From IMG/VR virus record IMGVR_UViG_3300049893_001396, positions 1 to 61,374 of that record: DNA of 61,374 nucleotides; one strand, given 5' to 3'. The notes under the pieces are model-generated. The model was given only the letters and a program-made list of their open reading frames with translations, did no database searches and was not told the DNA's origin. The position numbers were made by a program, and so were the translations under genes. This document shows, piece by piece, positions 1 through 7,193 of this stretch (the stretch's first letter is position 1; each line of letters starts with the position of its first letter). This DNA comes from a virus. Taxonomy: Duplodnaviria > Caudoviricetes.

Positions 1-127
1 ATAGTTTAAGCAATTCCAGACCACGGACGGTCTGTTTGCCGGGTGGGGCGCCCTGCCCGAATCAAAGAACATGGAGGTTCTATATGAGTGGTTTTCAATC
101 AGCTACACCTGCGGGATATCAAATGGT
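1..127 (+). repeat. Exact 127-bp direct repeat of 51398-51524; imperfect homology continues through the CCC gene, its 3' spacer and the ferritin-like gene
   Basis: Base-by-base identity at offset 51,397; first mismatch T128 vs A51525. Confidence 0.95.
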
Positions 128-902
128 TTCGACTGGATATCCCGGCATGGGTGGATTCGGATTCGGGTCCGGTTTCGGACTTGACGCACTTCTGATCCTG
201 TTACTGCTTGGGCCGAATGGATTTGGACGCGGTGGGTACGGCTCACCAGCAGCCAATGCAGTTACGACTGACGTTGTTCTGCAACCGGCATTCCAGTCAC
301 TTCAGCAGCAGATCGCGCAACTCGCAGAAAATCAGGCTACCGCTGCGATCACGAATAAAATCGGCGATCAAATGCAGGCTCAGGCATCACAGGCCGGCTC
401 TATCGGCGCGGCTATCGGCGGGCTTCAGGCTTCTATTGAGAATAGCCGCTTCACGGCTCTTGATCAGAATAACAACCTGTATCGCGATATCACGGCCCAG
501 AATACTCAGGCTCTGCTGAATGCTAACCAGCAGACTCAAATCACCAATGGCCTGATCACCAACGGATTTAATCAGAACTATCTTGCTACGCTCACCGGGT
601 TCAATGGCGTAGAGAAATCCATTGACGGTTTGTCCCGCGAACAGGCTGAGTGTTGCTGTCAGATCAAGGAATCCATCCTGACAAACGCCCAGCGTGGTAT
701 CGATCTTCAGAACCAGATTCAGAAAGAGAATTTGATAAGCCAGCTGAACGACGCCAAGGCCCAGATCTCAAATCTGAGCCAGACCAACCAGCTGATCCAA
801 GCCATGCAGGCGCAGACAACCACGATTCTGCACCACATGTTTCCTTGGTATGGTAGCTCGAACGGAAACAACGGCAACAACGGAAACAACAGCGTCCGTT
901 AG
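84..902 (+). CDS. Gly-rich/hydrophobic N-terminus, Q/N-rich coiled-coil protein with ECCCQ motif (CCC protein, phage A copy)
   Basis: GGAGG RBS before ATG84; GMGGFGFGSGFGLDALLILLLLGPNGFGRGG segment, long Q/N heptads, ECCC; near-identical second copy at 51481 with mostly synonymous changes. Confidence 0.85.
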   Translation: MSGFQSATPAGYQMVSTGYPGMGGFGFGSGFGLDALLILLLLGPNGFGRGGYGSPAANAVTTDVVLQPAFQSLQQQIAQLAENQATAAITNKIGDQMQAQASQAGSIGAAIGGLQASIENSRFTALDQNNNLYRDITAQNTQALLNANQQTQITNGLITNGFNQNYLATLTGFNGVEKSIDGLSREQAECCCQIKESILTNAQRGIDLQNQIQKENLISQLNDAKAQISNLSQTNQLIQAMQAQTTTILHHMFPWYGSSNGNNGNNGNNSVR

Positions 903-1001
903 GCTGAACTGGATACAACGTATTGCAAAGCGGGTCTTCCGCATTTGAATCCCAACGCGCCCGGTATGTCCCTGCCGGGCGCTTCTTTAAGGAAGTGGGC
1001 T
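903..1001 (+). promoter_or_regulatory. Conserved structured intergenic element between CCC and ferritin-like genes
   Basis: Hairpins GCGG-gtctt-CCGC (930-942) and GCGCCCGG-N10-CCGGGCGC (957-982), stems unchanged in the phage B copy. Confidence 0.6.
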
Positions 1002-1526
1002 ATGACACCTGAACTTGTTAAGAAGTTAGACGACCTTATTTCAGAAGAACACCGGATCAGCCTAATCGAGGCCGACCACATGACGTTGCTCCAGTCGTAC
1101 GGGTACCCGGGCTTCAAACGGCAGCACCGGTACCTCCAGCGATGGCGGAACGAGACGGCACTCTGTCTCCGAAACTGGCTAACAGACAATTTTGACTACT
1201 ACCCTACTGTTTCAGTAAACTACACCACCCCTTCGCAGAAACCGACCTCATTTCTTGAGGCTGTCAGCGCAATTATTGAGGTGTACGAAGGTCTTTATAA
1301 GCATTACGTCGAAACATCGCGTGTAGCGGCAAATGAGGGTCTTGACGATCTTTTACAGGTTTTGCAGTGCAAAATAGGGTGGATTTCGAAGGTTTTGTGT
1401 AAATATAACCGGGATTTGCGGGAAGTGGGGAATGTCTCAGCTGATAAAGTGTACCTTCAGCTTAGGTCGGAGAAGTTGCATGAGAAGTATCGGAAGAAGG
1501 AAGAAAGTTTTAAAGTGGAGTATTGA
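1002..1526 (+). CDS. Ferritin-like four-helix-bundle protein
   Basis: RBS AAGGAAG; GYPGFKRQHRYL resembles the ferritin G-x-x-GF A/B loop; ~175 aa helical; homolog at 52402. Confidence 0.6.
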   Translation: MTPELVKKLDDLISEEHRISLIEADHMTLLQSYGYPGFKRQHRYLQRWRNETALCLRNWLTDNFDYYPTVSVNYTTPSQKPTSFLEAVSAIIEVYEGLYKHYVETSRVAANEGLDDLLQVLQCKIGWISKVLCKYNRDLREVGNVSADKVYLQLRSEKLHEKYRKKEESFKVEY

Positions 1527-1538
1527 AGAAGTTTCGAT

Positions 1539-1566
1539 GAGCCGGGGAGGAGAAGTTCCCCGGCTC
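1539..1566. terminator. GC-rich hairpin between convergent genes
   Basis: GAGCCGGGGA-N8-TCCCCGGCTC. Confidence 0.6.
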
Positions 1567-1574
1567 TAACGGAG

Positions 1575-1919
1575 TTATAACTTGAATTTAAGCGAAAACC
1601 CGTTATCGTTCATTTTAACAGAAAAATGGTCTTCGAAAAAGTACACGCAGGCGGCTCCGAGTAACGCGGCCTTCACATCGTCTTCGTCAGCGATCCCGCC
1701 GTTCTGGGTGTCGACCCATTCCTTGAACAGTGAGACCGAAGTTACCACACACATCCCACCAACAGAGTCGAGCTTGAGGTCGTCGTGGCAATACTTTGCT
1801 ACCAGTGCGCCGGTTGCAAAGTGGGCGAGCTTGTCATCCGCCACATCCAGTCCCGGAATCCCAGCAAAACAAGTCGAACCAAACAACAAAACAAACAATA
1901 CGATAAGAAATTTACGCAT
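1575..1919 (-). CDS. YfiM/DUF2279-like (VanZ-like) membrane or exported protein
   Basis: Signal peptide; DDKLAHF...KEWVD...DVKAALLGA pattern; GGAGG RBS. Confidence 0.65.
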   Translation of the reverse strand: MRKFLIVLFVLLFGSTCFAGIPGLDVADDKLAHFATGALVAKYCHDDLKLDSVGGMCVVTSVSLFKEWVDTQNGGIADEDDVKAALLGAACVYFFEDHFSVKMNDNGFSLKFKL

Positions 1920-1999
1920 AGTTGCACCTCCTGACTTAATTATACATCAATTCCTTTGTAAAAGCGACAAAATTTATGTTATAATCAGACTATATACAT

Positions 2000-2074
2000 G
2001 GGCTAGTGGCCAACTGGAAAGGCACTTGGTTTTCATCCAAGTGAGTGTGGGTTCAAATCCCACCTAGCCTACCA
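2000..2074 (+). tRNA. tRNA-Glu(UUC)
   Basis: Acceptor GGGCTAG/CTAGCCT, D-arm GCC/GGC, anticodon stem CTTGG/CCAAG with loop TT-TTC-AT, T-arm GTGGG-TTCAAAT-CCCAC, encoded CCA; extended -10 TGTTATAAT upstream. Confidence 0.88.
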
Positions 2075-2154
2075 TTTACCCGCAGACTCGGTGGGTGTAT
2101 CATGAACATCAGGGGACAATGATGCGAAAAACTTCGATGAGCGGGGAAGATAGC

Positions 2155-2454
2155 ATGTGGACAGACGACCAGAAAAAGTATTTGTCAGACCAGCTCCGGA
2201 TCCATACAACAACAATCATTTCAGAGTTAACCAAGATCATAAAAGAATGCGAAACGACCAGATGCTGCAAGGGCACCGACTTCAAATGCCTCGCTACCAA
2301 AGAGGACCTATCACTCCAGAACTTCAAATTTACTGCCAAACTTGTTGGACTCATCATTGTGACGATGTTCTTTGTCCAAGAGTTGGGCGGTCCTACGAAG
2401 GTGTTGATAGGGTGGGCGGCCAAGATGACCGCCACTGAGCAATTACAGCACTGA
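2155..2454 (+). CDS. Small coiled-coil protein with C-terminal TM segment (DUF1640/CCDC90-like LATKEDL; possible holin-like)
   Basis: LATKEDL motif then hydrophobic helix; homolog at 53178. Confidence 0.55.
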   Translation: MWTDDQKKYLSDQLRIHTTTIISELTKIIKECETTRCCKGTDFKCLATKEDLSLQNFKFTAKLVGLIIVTMFFVQELGGPTKVLIGWAAKMTATEQLQH

Positions 2455-2994
2455 AGCGAACGTACTATCCAGAAACGGAAGATCCCGGATCCACTCACAG
2501 TACTCCTGCCACGCAGGCATCTTGTGCCGTTTCCTCTGGTTGTAGATAGACTTCAGCTGGAGGTAGTTGGTGGTCACTACCGCAGACAGTCGCAGACCAA
2601 GGGGAAGCCCGAGTACATACTCCTCGAACTTGATTTCACCTTCCCTATACCGCTTTTGAAGTTTTATTGCCAGTATTCGGGCTTCAGAAGGGGTGCTGTC
2701 GGAGAAATCTAGGAACCACGGTTCGGCGGCTGAATGCATCTTCGAGGTGGACGACACGATGTCGTGGAAGTGGTAGCGCTGCCACTGGAGCCAGAATGAG
2801 TGGTCAGCGCGGAGCTTGTGCAGAACAGTGATACCCTTCAGAAAGCAGTCATGCCCGGATCCTACTGGAGACTTGGCAAGTGTCGAAGCTCTTTGGGCAG
2901 ACTCTTCTGGCTTAGCTGAATGGGGTAACCCACTGATCCACATACTCTCATTCAGTCCGGTGATAGATAGGGTTTCGACTACAATCTCACTCAT
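2443..2994 (-). CDS. ThyX-like (flavin-dependent thymidylate synthase-fold) phage protein
   Basis: GHDCFLKGI, QRYHF..SSTSKMH, NYLQLKSIYNQRKRHK..W..YCEWI motifs. Confidence 0.7.
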   Translation of the reverse strand: MSEIVVETLSITGLNESMWISGLPHSAKPEESAQRASTLAKSPVGSGHDCFLKGITVLHKLRADHSFWLQWQRYHFHDIVSSTSKMHSAAEPWFLDFSDSTPSEARILAIKLQKRYREGEIKFEEYVLGLPLGLRLSAVVTTNYLQLKSIYNQRKRHKMPAWQEYCEWIRDLPFLDSTFASVL

Positions 2995-3287
2995 AGGTAA
3001 CGCTCCTTTGATCGCTGGAGTTTCTTCTCAATTTCTGAACCTAGCATCTTGACAAGATCCACATCTTCAGTTTGCTCAATGTACTTAGCAAAATACTCCA
3101 GTGTAATGAGTACATCGGCAACCTCGCGCACAACTTCTAACACACTTCCAGAGTTTTGGAGCCTAATCATGGCTGCGGAACATTCGGACAGCTCTTCCGC
3201 GCACTTCAGAAGCTGTGCGGTGTGCCCGAACTTATCGTAGAGTTTATCAATTACTTGGCTGTTGTCTGAAAAATCATCAATGAACAT
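2991..3287 (-). CDS. MazG-like NTP pyrophosphohydrolase
   Basis: KCAEELSE...EVADV all-alpha NTP-PPase signature. Confidence 0.75.
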   Translation of the reverse strand: MFIDDFSDNSQVIDKLYDKFGHTAQLLKCAEELSECSAAMIRLQNSGSVLEVVREVADVLITLEYFAKYIEQTEDVDLVKMLGSEIEKKLQRSKERYL

Positions 3288-3296
3288 GTCTCCTCC

Positions 3297-3563
3297 TTAA
3301 TTCCCAATCGTCACGTTAACCGTCACCGGAATCTGTTTCAACGGTCCGTAAATACTAGCCAGACTGCGTTGGACGTGTGCGGCGGTCGCTGGTGACACTG
3401 TGAGTGTCTTCCCATCGATCCGCATCGTGACATTTGCGGTAGGGATAAACGCCCCGGATGTGGTCATAACCACGTTCCCAGTCGGTCCAGAGATCACCTG
3501 AATTCCGATAGGGTATGCTGATACTGATATCAAAAGAATTGCAATTGTGATTAATTTTCGCAT
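3297..3563 (-). CDS. Small exported hypothetical protein
   Basis: Signal peptide; nearly identical to 53497-53763. Confidence 0.75.
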   Translation of the reverse strand: MRKLITIAILLISVSAYPIGIQVISGPTGNVVMTTSGAFIPTANVTMRIDGKTLTVSPATAAHVQRSLASIYGPLKQIPVTVNVTIGN

Positions 3564-3907
3564 TTATGAAACTCCCATCTATCGCATTTATCGGCTATTG
3601 TCATTTTTGGGCAATGCTTCACAGAGTAAGCGCCACAATTTCCACAGCACTTCATCGATTCTATCTTCTCGAGAAGCACTTTATTCTCACGAAACAATTT
3701 ATCATTTTCTATGTTTAATTGTTCCATGTTTACGTTACCATTGCACATTTTAAGCCTCATTTCCATTATTTTAGAATCAAGCCATTCTTTTAGCTCAGCG
3801 GATACCTTTTCGCACGTTAGCTCCACCCCATCACGATCTGACATTGCGTAGAACGGGAATAAATATGCGGCCATTTCTTGTTCATTGTATTCGGAAGTTT
3901 CACTCAT
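3551..3907 (-). CDS. Hypothetical protein with C-terminal Cys cluster (KCCGNC)
   Basis: Coupled to upstream gene; KCCGNC domain shared with 53966-54193. Confidence 0.6.
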   Translation of the reverse strand: MSETSEYNEQEMAAYLFPFYAMSDRDGVELTCEKVSAELKEWLDSKIMEMRLKMCNGNVNMEQLNIENDKLFRENKVLLEKIESMKCCGNCGAYSVKHCPKMTIADKCDRWEFHKCEN

Positions 3908-4254
3908 TCCCCGTCCTCCAGCTCTGGAATTTCCCTCCAAAAATCAGCCCTACAGTTTTCAGGCAAATCCCCATTAATAAAATATCCATTTTCCAAATGC
4001 ATTGCGATATACACGTCATCATTTATTTTGACCTCATAATATTTGTCAGTTTCTGGCAACCGCTCCTTGACCGGAATCCACCGGAGTTTATCGCGGAGCT
4101 CGGAGAGTTGTTTAGCCAGTTTTTCGTATTCATCGAATGTAATCCAATCTCCTGATTTACATTCGACAAGCCCGCATTCCGTACATTCAACTTCATCACC
4201 GCACGTTGGACATTCTGTTGTTCCGTCACTGAATACAAACCGTTTAACCATCAC
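3904..4254 (-). CDS. DUF551-like protein with N-terminal Zn ribbon
   Basis: CPTC..CTEC; WIPVKERLPE...FWREIPE. Confidence 0.7.
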   Translation of the reverse strand: MMVKRFVFSDGTTECPTCGDEVECTECGLVECKSGDWITFDEYEKLAKQLSELRDKLRWIPVKERLPETDKYYEVKINDDVYIAMHLENGYFINGDLPENCRADFWREIPELEDGE

Positions 4255-4532
4255 GCACCGCCTTTCATATTAAAAAATTCTGATTCAACCAATGCATTAT
4301 ATTCTGTTTTTAATTCCTCTAGTTCGAGCTCCACCCGTTTTATGTTTTTATTCAATACCAATACTCGTTTTTTTGTTTGCCTCCGCGCCCACGCAAGTGG
4401 ATTTTTCCATGGTTTTTCTTTTCCTCCGTACCATGTGCCTACAATGTACCCGTTTACAGAAACAGACCAAACGCAGTAGTCGTCCTCAGCATTTACGCAT
4501 CTTGGCTCCCTATGTAATTTAAATGACATCAC
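4251..4532 (-). CDS. Hypothetical protein
   Basis: ORF bounded by junction motifs. Confidence 0.65.
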   Translation of the reverse strand: MMSFKLHREPRCVNAEDDYCVWSVSVNGYIVGTWYGGKEKPWKNPLAWARRQTKKRVLVLNKNIKRVELELEELKTEYNALVESEFFNMKGGA

Positions 4533-4586
4533 GCACCACCTTTTCTATACACACGACATAACATGTCGCTCAACAATCCATAATTC

Positions 4587-4874
4587 CTATACGCACCCCA
4601 AATCATAGCGACCTTCATTATCATCAATTTCGTCAGCATCATCCGAGGATTTCTGCATTTGATATGCGTTGAGTTCATCCCGTAATTTATCAATCCGATC
4701 CCGTAAGAAGATGATTTCGCGCCTCTGAAACTCCATTTGCATAACATGCGAATCCGGCACGTCAATCCGGCGCTCGATTAGATCAACGATCTTTTTGGCC
4801 TTTTCTGAGTTGTCGTCATCTAGGTCGCGTACTAAGTCAAATATGTCAGTCTGCAATTCATCCCAGTCCATCAC
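4587..4874 (-). CDS. Acidic hypothetical protein
   Basis: Starts in junction motif; coiled-coil-like. Confidence 0.6.
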   Translation of the reverse strand: MMDWDELQTDIFDLVRDLDDDNSEKAKKIVDLIERRIDVPDSHVMQMEFQRREIIFLRDRIDKLRDELNAYQMQKSSDDADEIDDNEGRYDLGCV

Positions 4875-5155
4875 GCACCGCCCTCTACTTTTTCAACGAA
4901 AAAACTTGTGTAATATTCAAGTTCGACATTAAATTTACCTATAAAATCACCATCTGCGCCGTATAACATCACAATGTAAGAGCCAGGCGCTACTAGGACA
5001 CCATCGAAATTTCTTTCTTTACATACAGCCTGTACAATATCATCGTGATCAGTTTCTGCTGATTCAAATTCATCTAGGTAATCTATGGCCTCTGTACGAA
5101 TCAAAATTTCAATTTCATCGCCGTCATTCAGAATTTCATAGTAGTATTTCATCAC
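4871..5155 (-). CDS. Acidic hypothetical protein
   Basis: Bounded by junction motifs. Confidence 0.65.
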   Translation of the reverse strand: MMKYYYEILNDGDEIEILIRTEAIDYLDEFESAETDHDDIVQAVCKERNFDGVLVAPGSYIVMLYGADGDFIGKFNVELEYYTSFFVEKVEGGA

Positions 5156-5379
5156 GCACCGCCTTTCATGTTTTTATTTAGAACCTCAGATATCAGATCA
5201 AACACAAGTTTTGTATTTAGTGTAATCGTGTAGTTTTGCGACTCATATGTGGATGTGTTTGAGTCAATTCTGATATTCTCAGGGTCGATTTTAATATCGA
5301 TTCCATCATGATTATTTTGCTGGATATAGATTTCTGGAGTTTCATAGTCCAAAAACTTTTCGATCTGAAATTCGCTCAT
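5152..5379 (-). CDS. Hypothetical protein
   Basis: Translationally coupled at both ends. Confidence 0.6.
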   Translation of the reverse strand: MSEFQIEKFLDYETPEIYIQQNNHDGIDIKIDPENIRIDSNTSTYESQNYTITLNTKLVFDLISEVLNKNMKGGA

Positions 5380-5738
5380 TCAACACCACACTCCTGTTTT
5401 ATCATCGTAATTGCTATATCAAATAACTTGCGATCAGTTCCACTATTGGCTATAATTTTTTGGAACCTCAATCCTCGGAGCCTATTTTCGTTGGAATTTC
5501 CTGAAATTAAATGTATTTCTGATTTACCTGAGAACCTAAAAATTTTACTCGACACATGAAAGCTGAATTTTATATTAGTTATATCTAGTATTTCAAATAT
5601 TTCCTTTTCCCAAAAATACGTGTCGTTTGCCAAAATTAAAATCTTACTACCACTAGGTTTATGAGCACACTCCCTGATCAGATCCATGAGAACGCCTTGG
5701 TCGTACCCCCAAAAAACACAGTTAGTATATTCGGTCAC
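5376..5738 (-). CDS. Hypothetical protein, weak likeness to a terminase ATPase fragment
   Basis: RBS AGGAG; SEIHLISGNSNENRLRGLRF segment. Confidence 0.5.
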   Translation of the reverse strand: MTEYTNCVFWGYDQGVLMDLIRECAHKPSGSKILILANDTYFWEKEIFEILDITNIKFSFHVSSKIFRFSGKSEIHLISGNSNENRLRGLRFQKIIANSGTDRKLFDIAITMIKQECGVE

Positions 5739-6134
5739 CTAGCACCACACTCCTATTCTAAAAATTGACAGCAAACGCCGCCACTTGAAATATCTACTCA
5801 CCTCATTTGCACACGGCTCAACCCTATGAATCCCACCACAAGCGAAGAATTTGAAACCGTGCTTCCTCGCCTCTTCCTTGTATTTCTGACCCTGTCTTCC
5901 TTCCAGCATTTTCCTTTCAGCCTCCAGCGCATCGGCAAGTGAACAATTCGCGTTTTTAACCTCGACCACCGCCCGAAGACGGTCTTTTATGTCAAAAACG
6001 CAGATATCAAACCGGTTCCGCTGGCCTTTCGGGTTGCACTCCACACGGGCGTCAAATCCGCGATCCAGCAGGGCCTGCTGTAGTTTGTGCTGGACGTTGG
6101 CCTCTGTGTATCGGATGTCATTTGAGTTGATCAT
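5739..6134 (-). CDS. PD-(D/E)XK restriction-endonuclease-fold protein
   Basis: E..RFDICVFD...VVEVKN...Q..Y; homolog at 54964-55359. Confidence 0.7.
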   Translation of the reverse strand: MINSNDIRYTEANVQHKLQQALLDRGFDARVECNPKGQRNRFDICVFDIKDRLRAVVEVKNANCSLADALEAERKMLEGRQGQKYKEEARKHGFKFFACGGIHRVEPCANEVSRYFKWRRLLSIFRIGVWC

Positions 6135-6634
6135 TGCGCTTCCATTCTCCCAGTGAATCGGCACCACCACACATTCACGGTCTTACCCGAAAACTTACGG
6201 GGACTCGCACCCTTGATCACGGCATTCATAGATCGCTTCCAATCCGAATTATCGCCGTTCGGACCTACCCATTTATGTAGAATTTTCGCTGTCTTGTGCT
6301 CGTCATACACTCGATTGGTGTTCCCTGTGTAAGTAGTCACGTTGTCGGTTTGCACTATTTCAGCCACATCTTCAGCCACGGTGTAGGTGACCTCGTATTC
6401 GAATAGGTGTGTTTCGATAAAGTCTTTCCGATATTCAACGAAAGTGTGGCCCGAGTTGAACGGGTACCACACTTTCACGCTTACCGTATTCATCACTGCG
6501 TCGCAGAACTCTACCCACTTCTTGCCCAGAATTCCCATCGGTATCACCGCCAGCATCAGAAGGATCGGATTCCTTTGCAGGATCCCGTTTATTACCAGAC
6601 AAAATACGAATAGCAGTCCTGCGAGGTACCACAT
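6131..6634 (-). CDS. Two-TM membrane protein
   Basis: Two N-terminal hydrophobic helices; distant homolog at 55454-55993. Confidence 0.65.
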   Translation of the reverse strand: MWYLAGLLFVFCLVINGILQRNPILLMLAVIPMGILGKKWVEFCDAVMNTVSVKVWYPFNSGHTFVEYRKDFIETHLFEYEVTYTVAEDVAEIVQTDNVTTYTGNTNRVYDEHKTAKILHKWVGPNGDNSDWKRSMNAVIKGASPRKFSGKTVNVWWCRFTGRMEAQ

Positions 6635-6855
6635 CAGACGTTCACCGCACCTTCGTCCGGGATTGGTGACTCTCGTTTCTCATAATACCTGAGTAACATG
6701 TAGATCGTATCTTCCACGGTTTGGCCGTGCTCTGTCATTATTACGAGCCGTTCTCTAACGTCTTCGTTTAAATTAAGTAACAGTGGCCTCTTTTTGACTC
6801 CTTTGTTCAAAGCACGTATCAGGATCCTTTTTATCGCTTTTTCTAAAAAACTCAC
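6634..6855 (-). CDS. Small putative DNA-binding (RHH-like) protein
   Basis: LNLNEDVRERL...GQTVEDTIYMLL pattern; coupled ORF. Confidence 0.45.
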   Translation of the reverse strand: MSFLEKAIKRILIRALNKGVKKRPLLLNLNEDVRERLVIMTEHGQTVEDTIYMLLRYYEKRESPIPDEGAVNV

Positions 6856-7193
6856 CGCGCACCCCTCACAATCTTAGATTTCAACCACCGCTCGAACCCG
6901 GAGTGAGATGCTAGGGGTTCGATCAGGGTTGTTATTTCTGTCGTGTAAATCCCGTACATTGGGCAGTGGGGTAGGAGTGGTCTACCCCACGACGCCCGGT
7001 GAAATTCAATGTGGTCATTCACAACCCGACGCTTACTGTGATCATAGACACTGATCAGGTTGTCCGCTTCAGAATACTGACCGCACGCGATCCGCTCTTG
7101 AAAAGCGCCGAGGTCGTTCTTGCCCATCGGCTGAATCGCATTCACTTGACTTGCTCCGAGTAAAAGCATAAGTACGATTAATGTGCGCATCAT
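6852..7193 (-). CDS. Exported hypothetical protein
   Basis: Signal peptide; coupled to primase-helicase stop. Confidence 0.55.
   Translation of the reverse strand: MMRTLIVLMLLLGASQVNAIQPMGKNDLGAFQERIACGQYSEADNLISVYDHSKRRVVNDHIEFHRASWGRPLLPHCPMYGIYTTEITTLIEPLASHSGFERWLKSKIVRGAR

Larger units (their letters stand above)
4249..5169 (-). repeat. Four copies of gene-junction motif GGYGGTGCGTGATG (4249, 4527, 4869, 5150)
   Basis: Copies at 4249-4268 and 5150-5169 are identical 20-mers (ATGAAAGGCGGTGCGTGATG on the minus strand). Confidence 0.9.

Noticed and set aside
1-990. Genuine long direct terminal repeat
   Set aside because: Only 127 bp are identical; the rest is a diverged homolog followed by 9 kb of different genes
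2030-2036. tRNA read as a UCA opal suppressor implying TGA recoding
   Set aside because: The 7-nt loop TTTTCAT centres on TTC, and TGA terminates many intact, coupled genes
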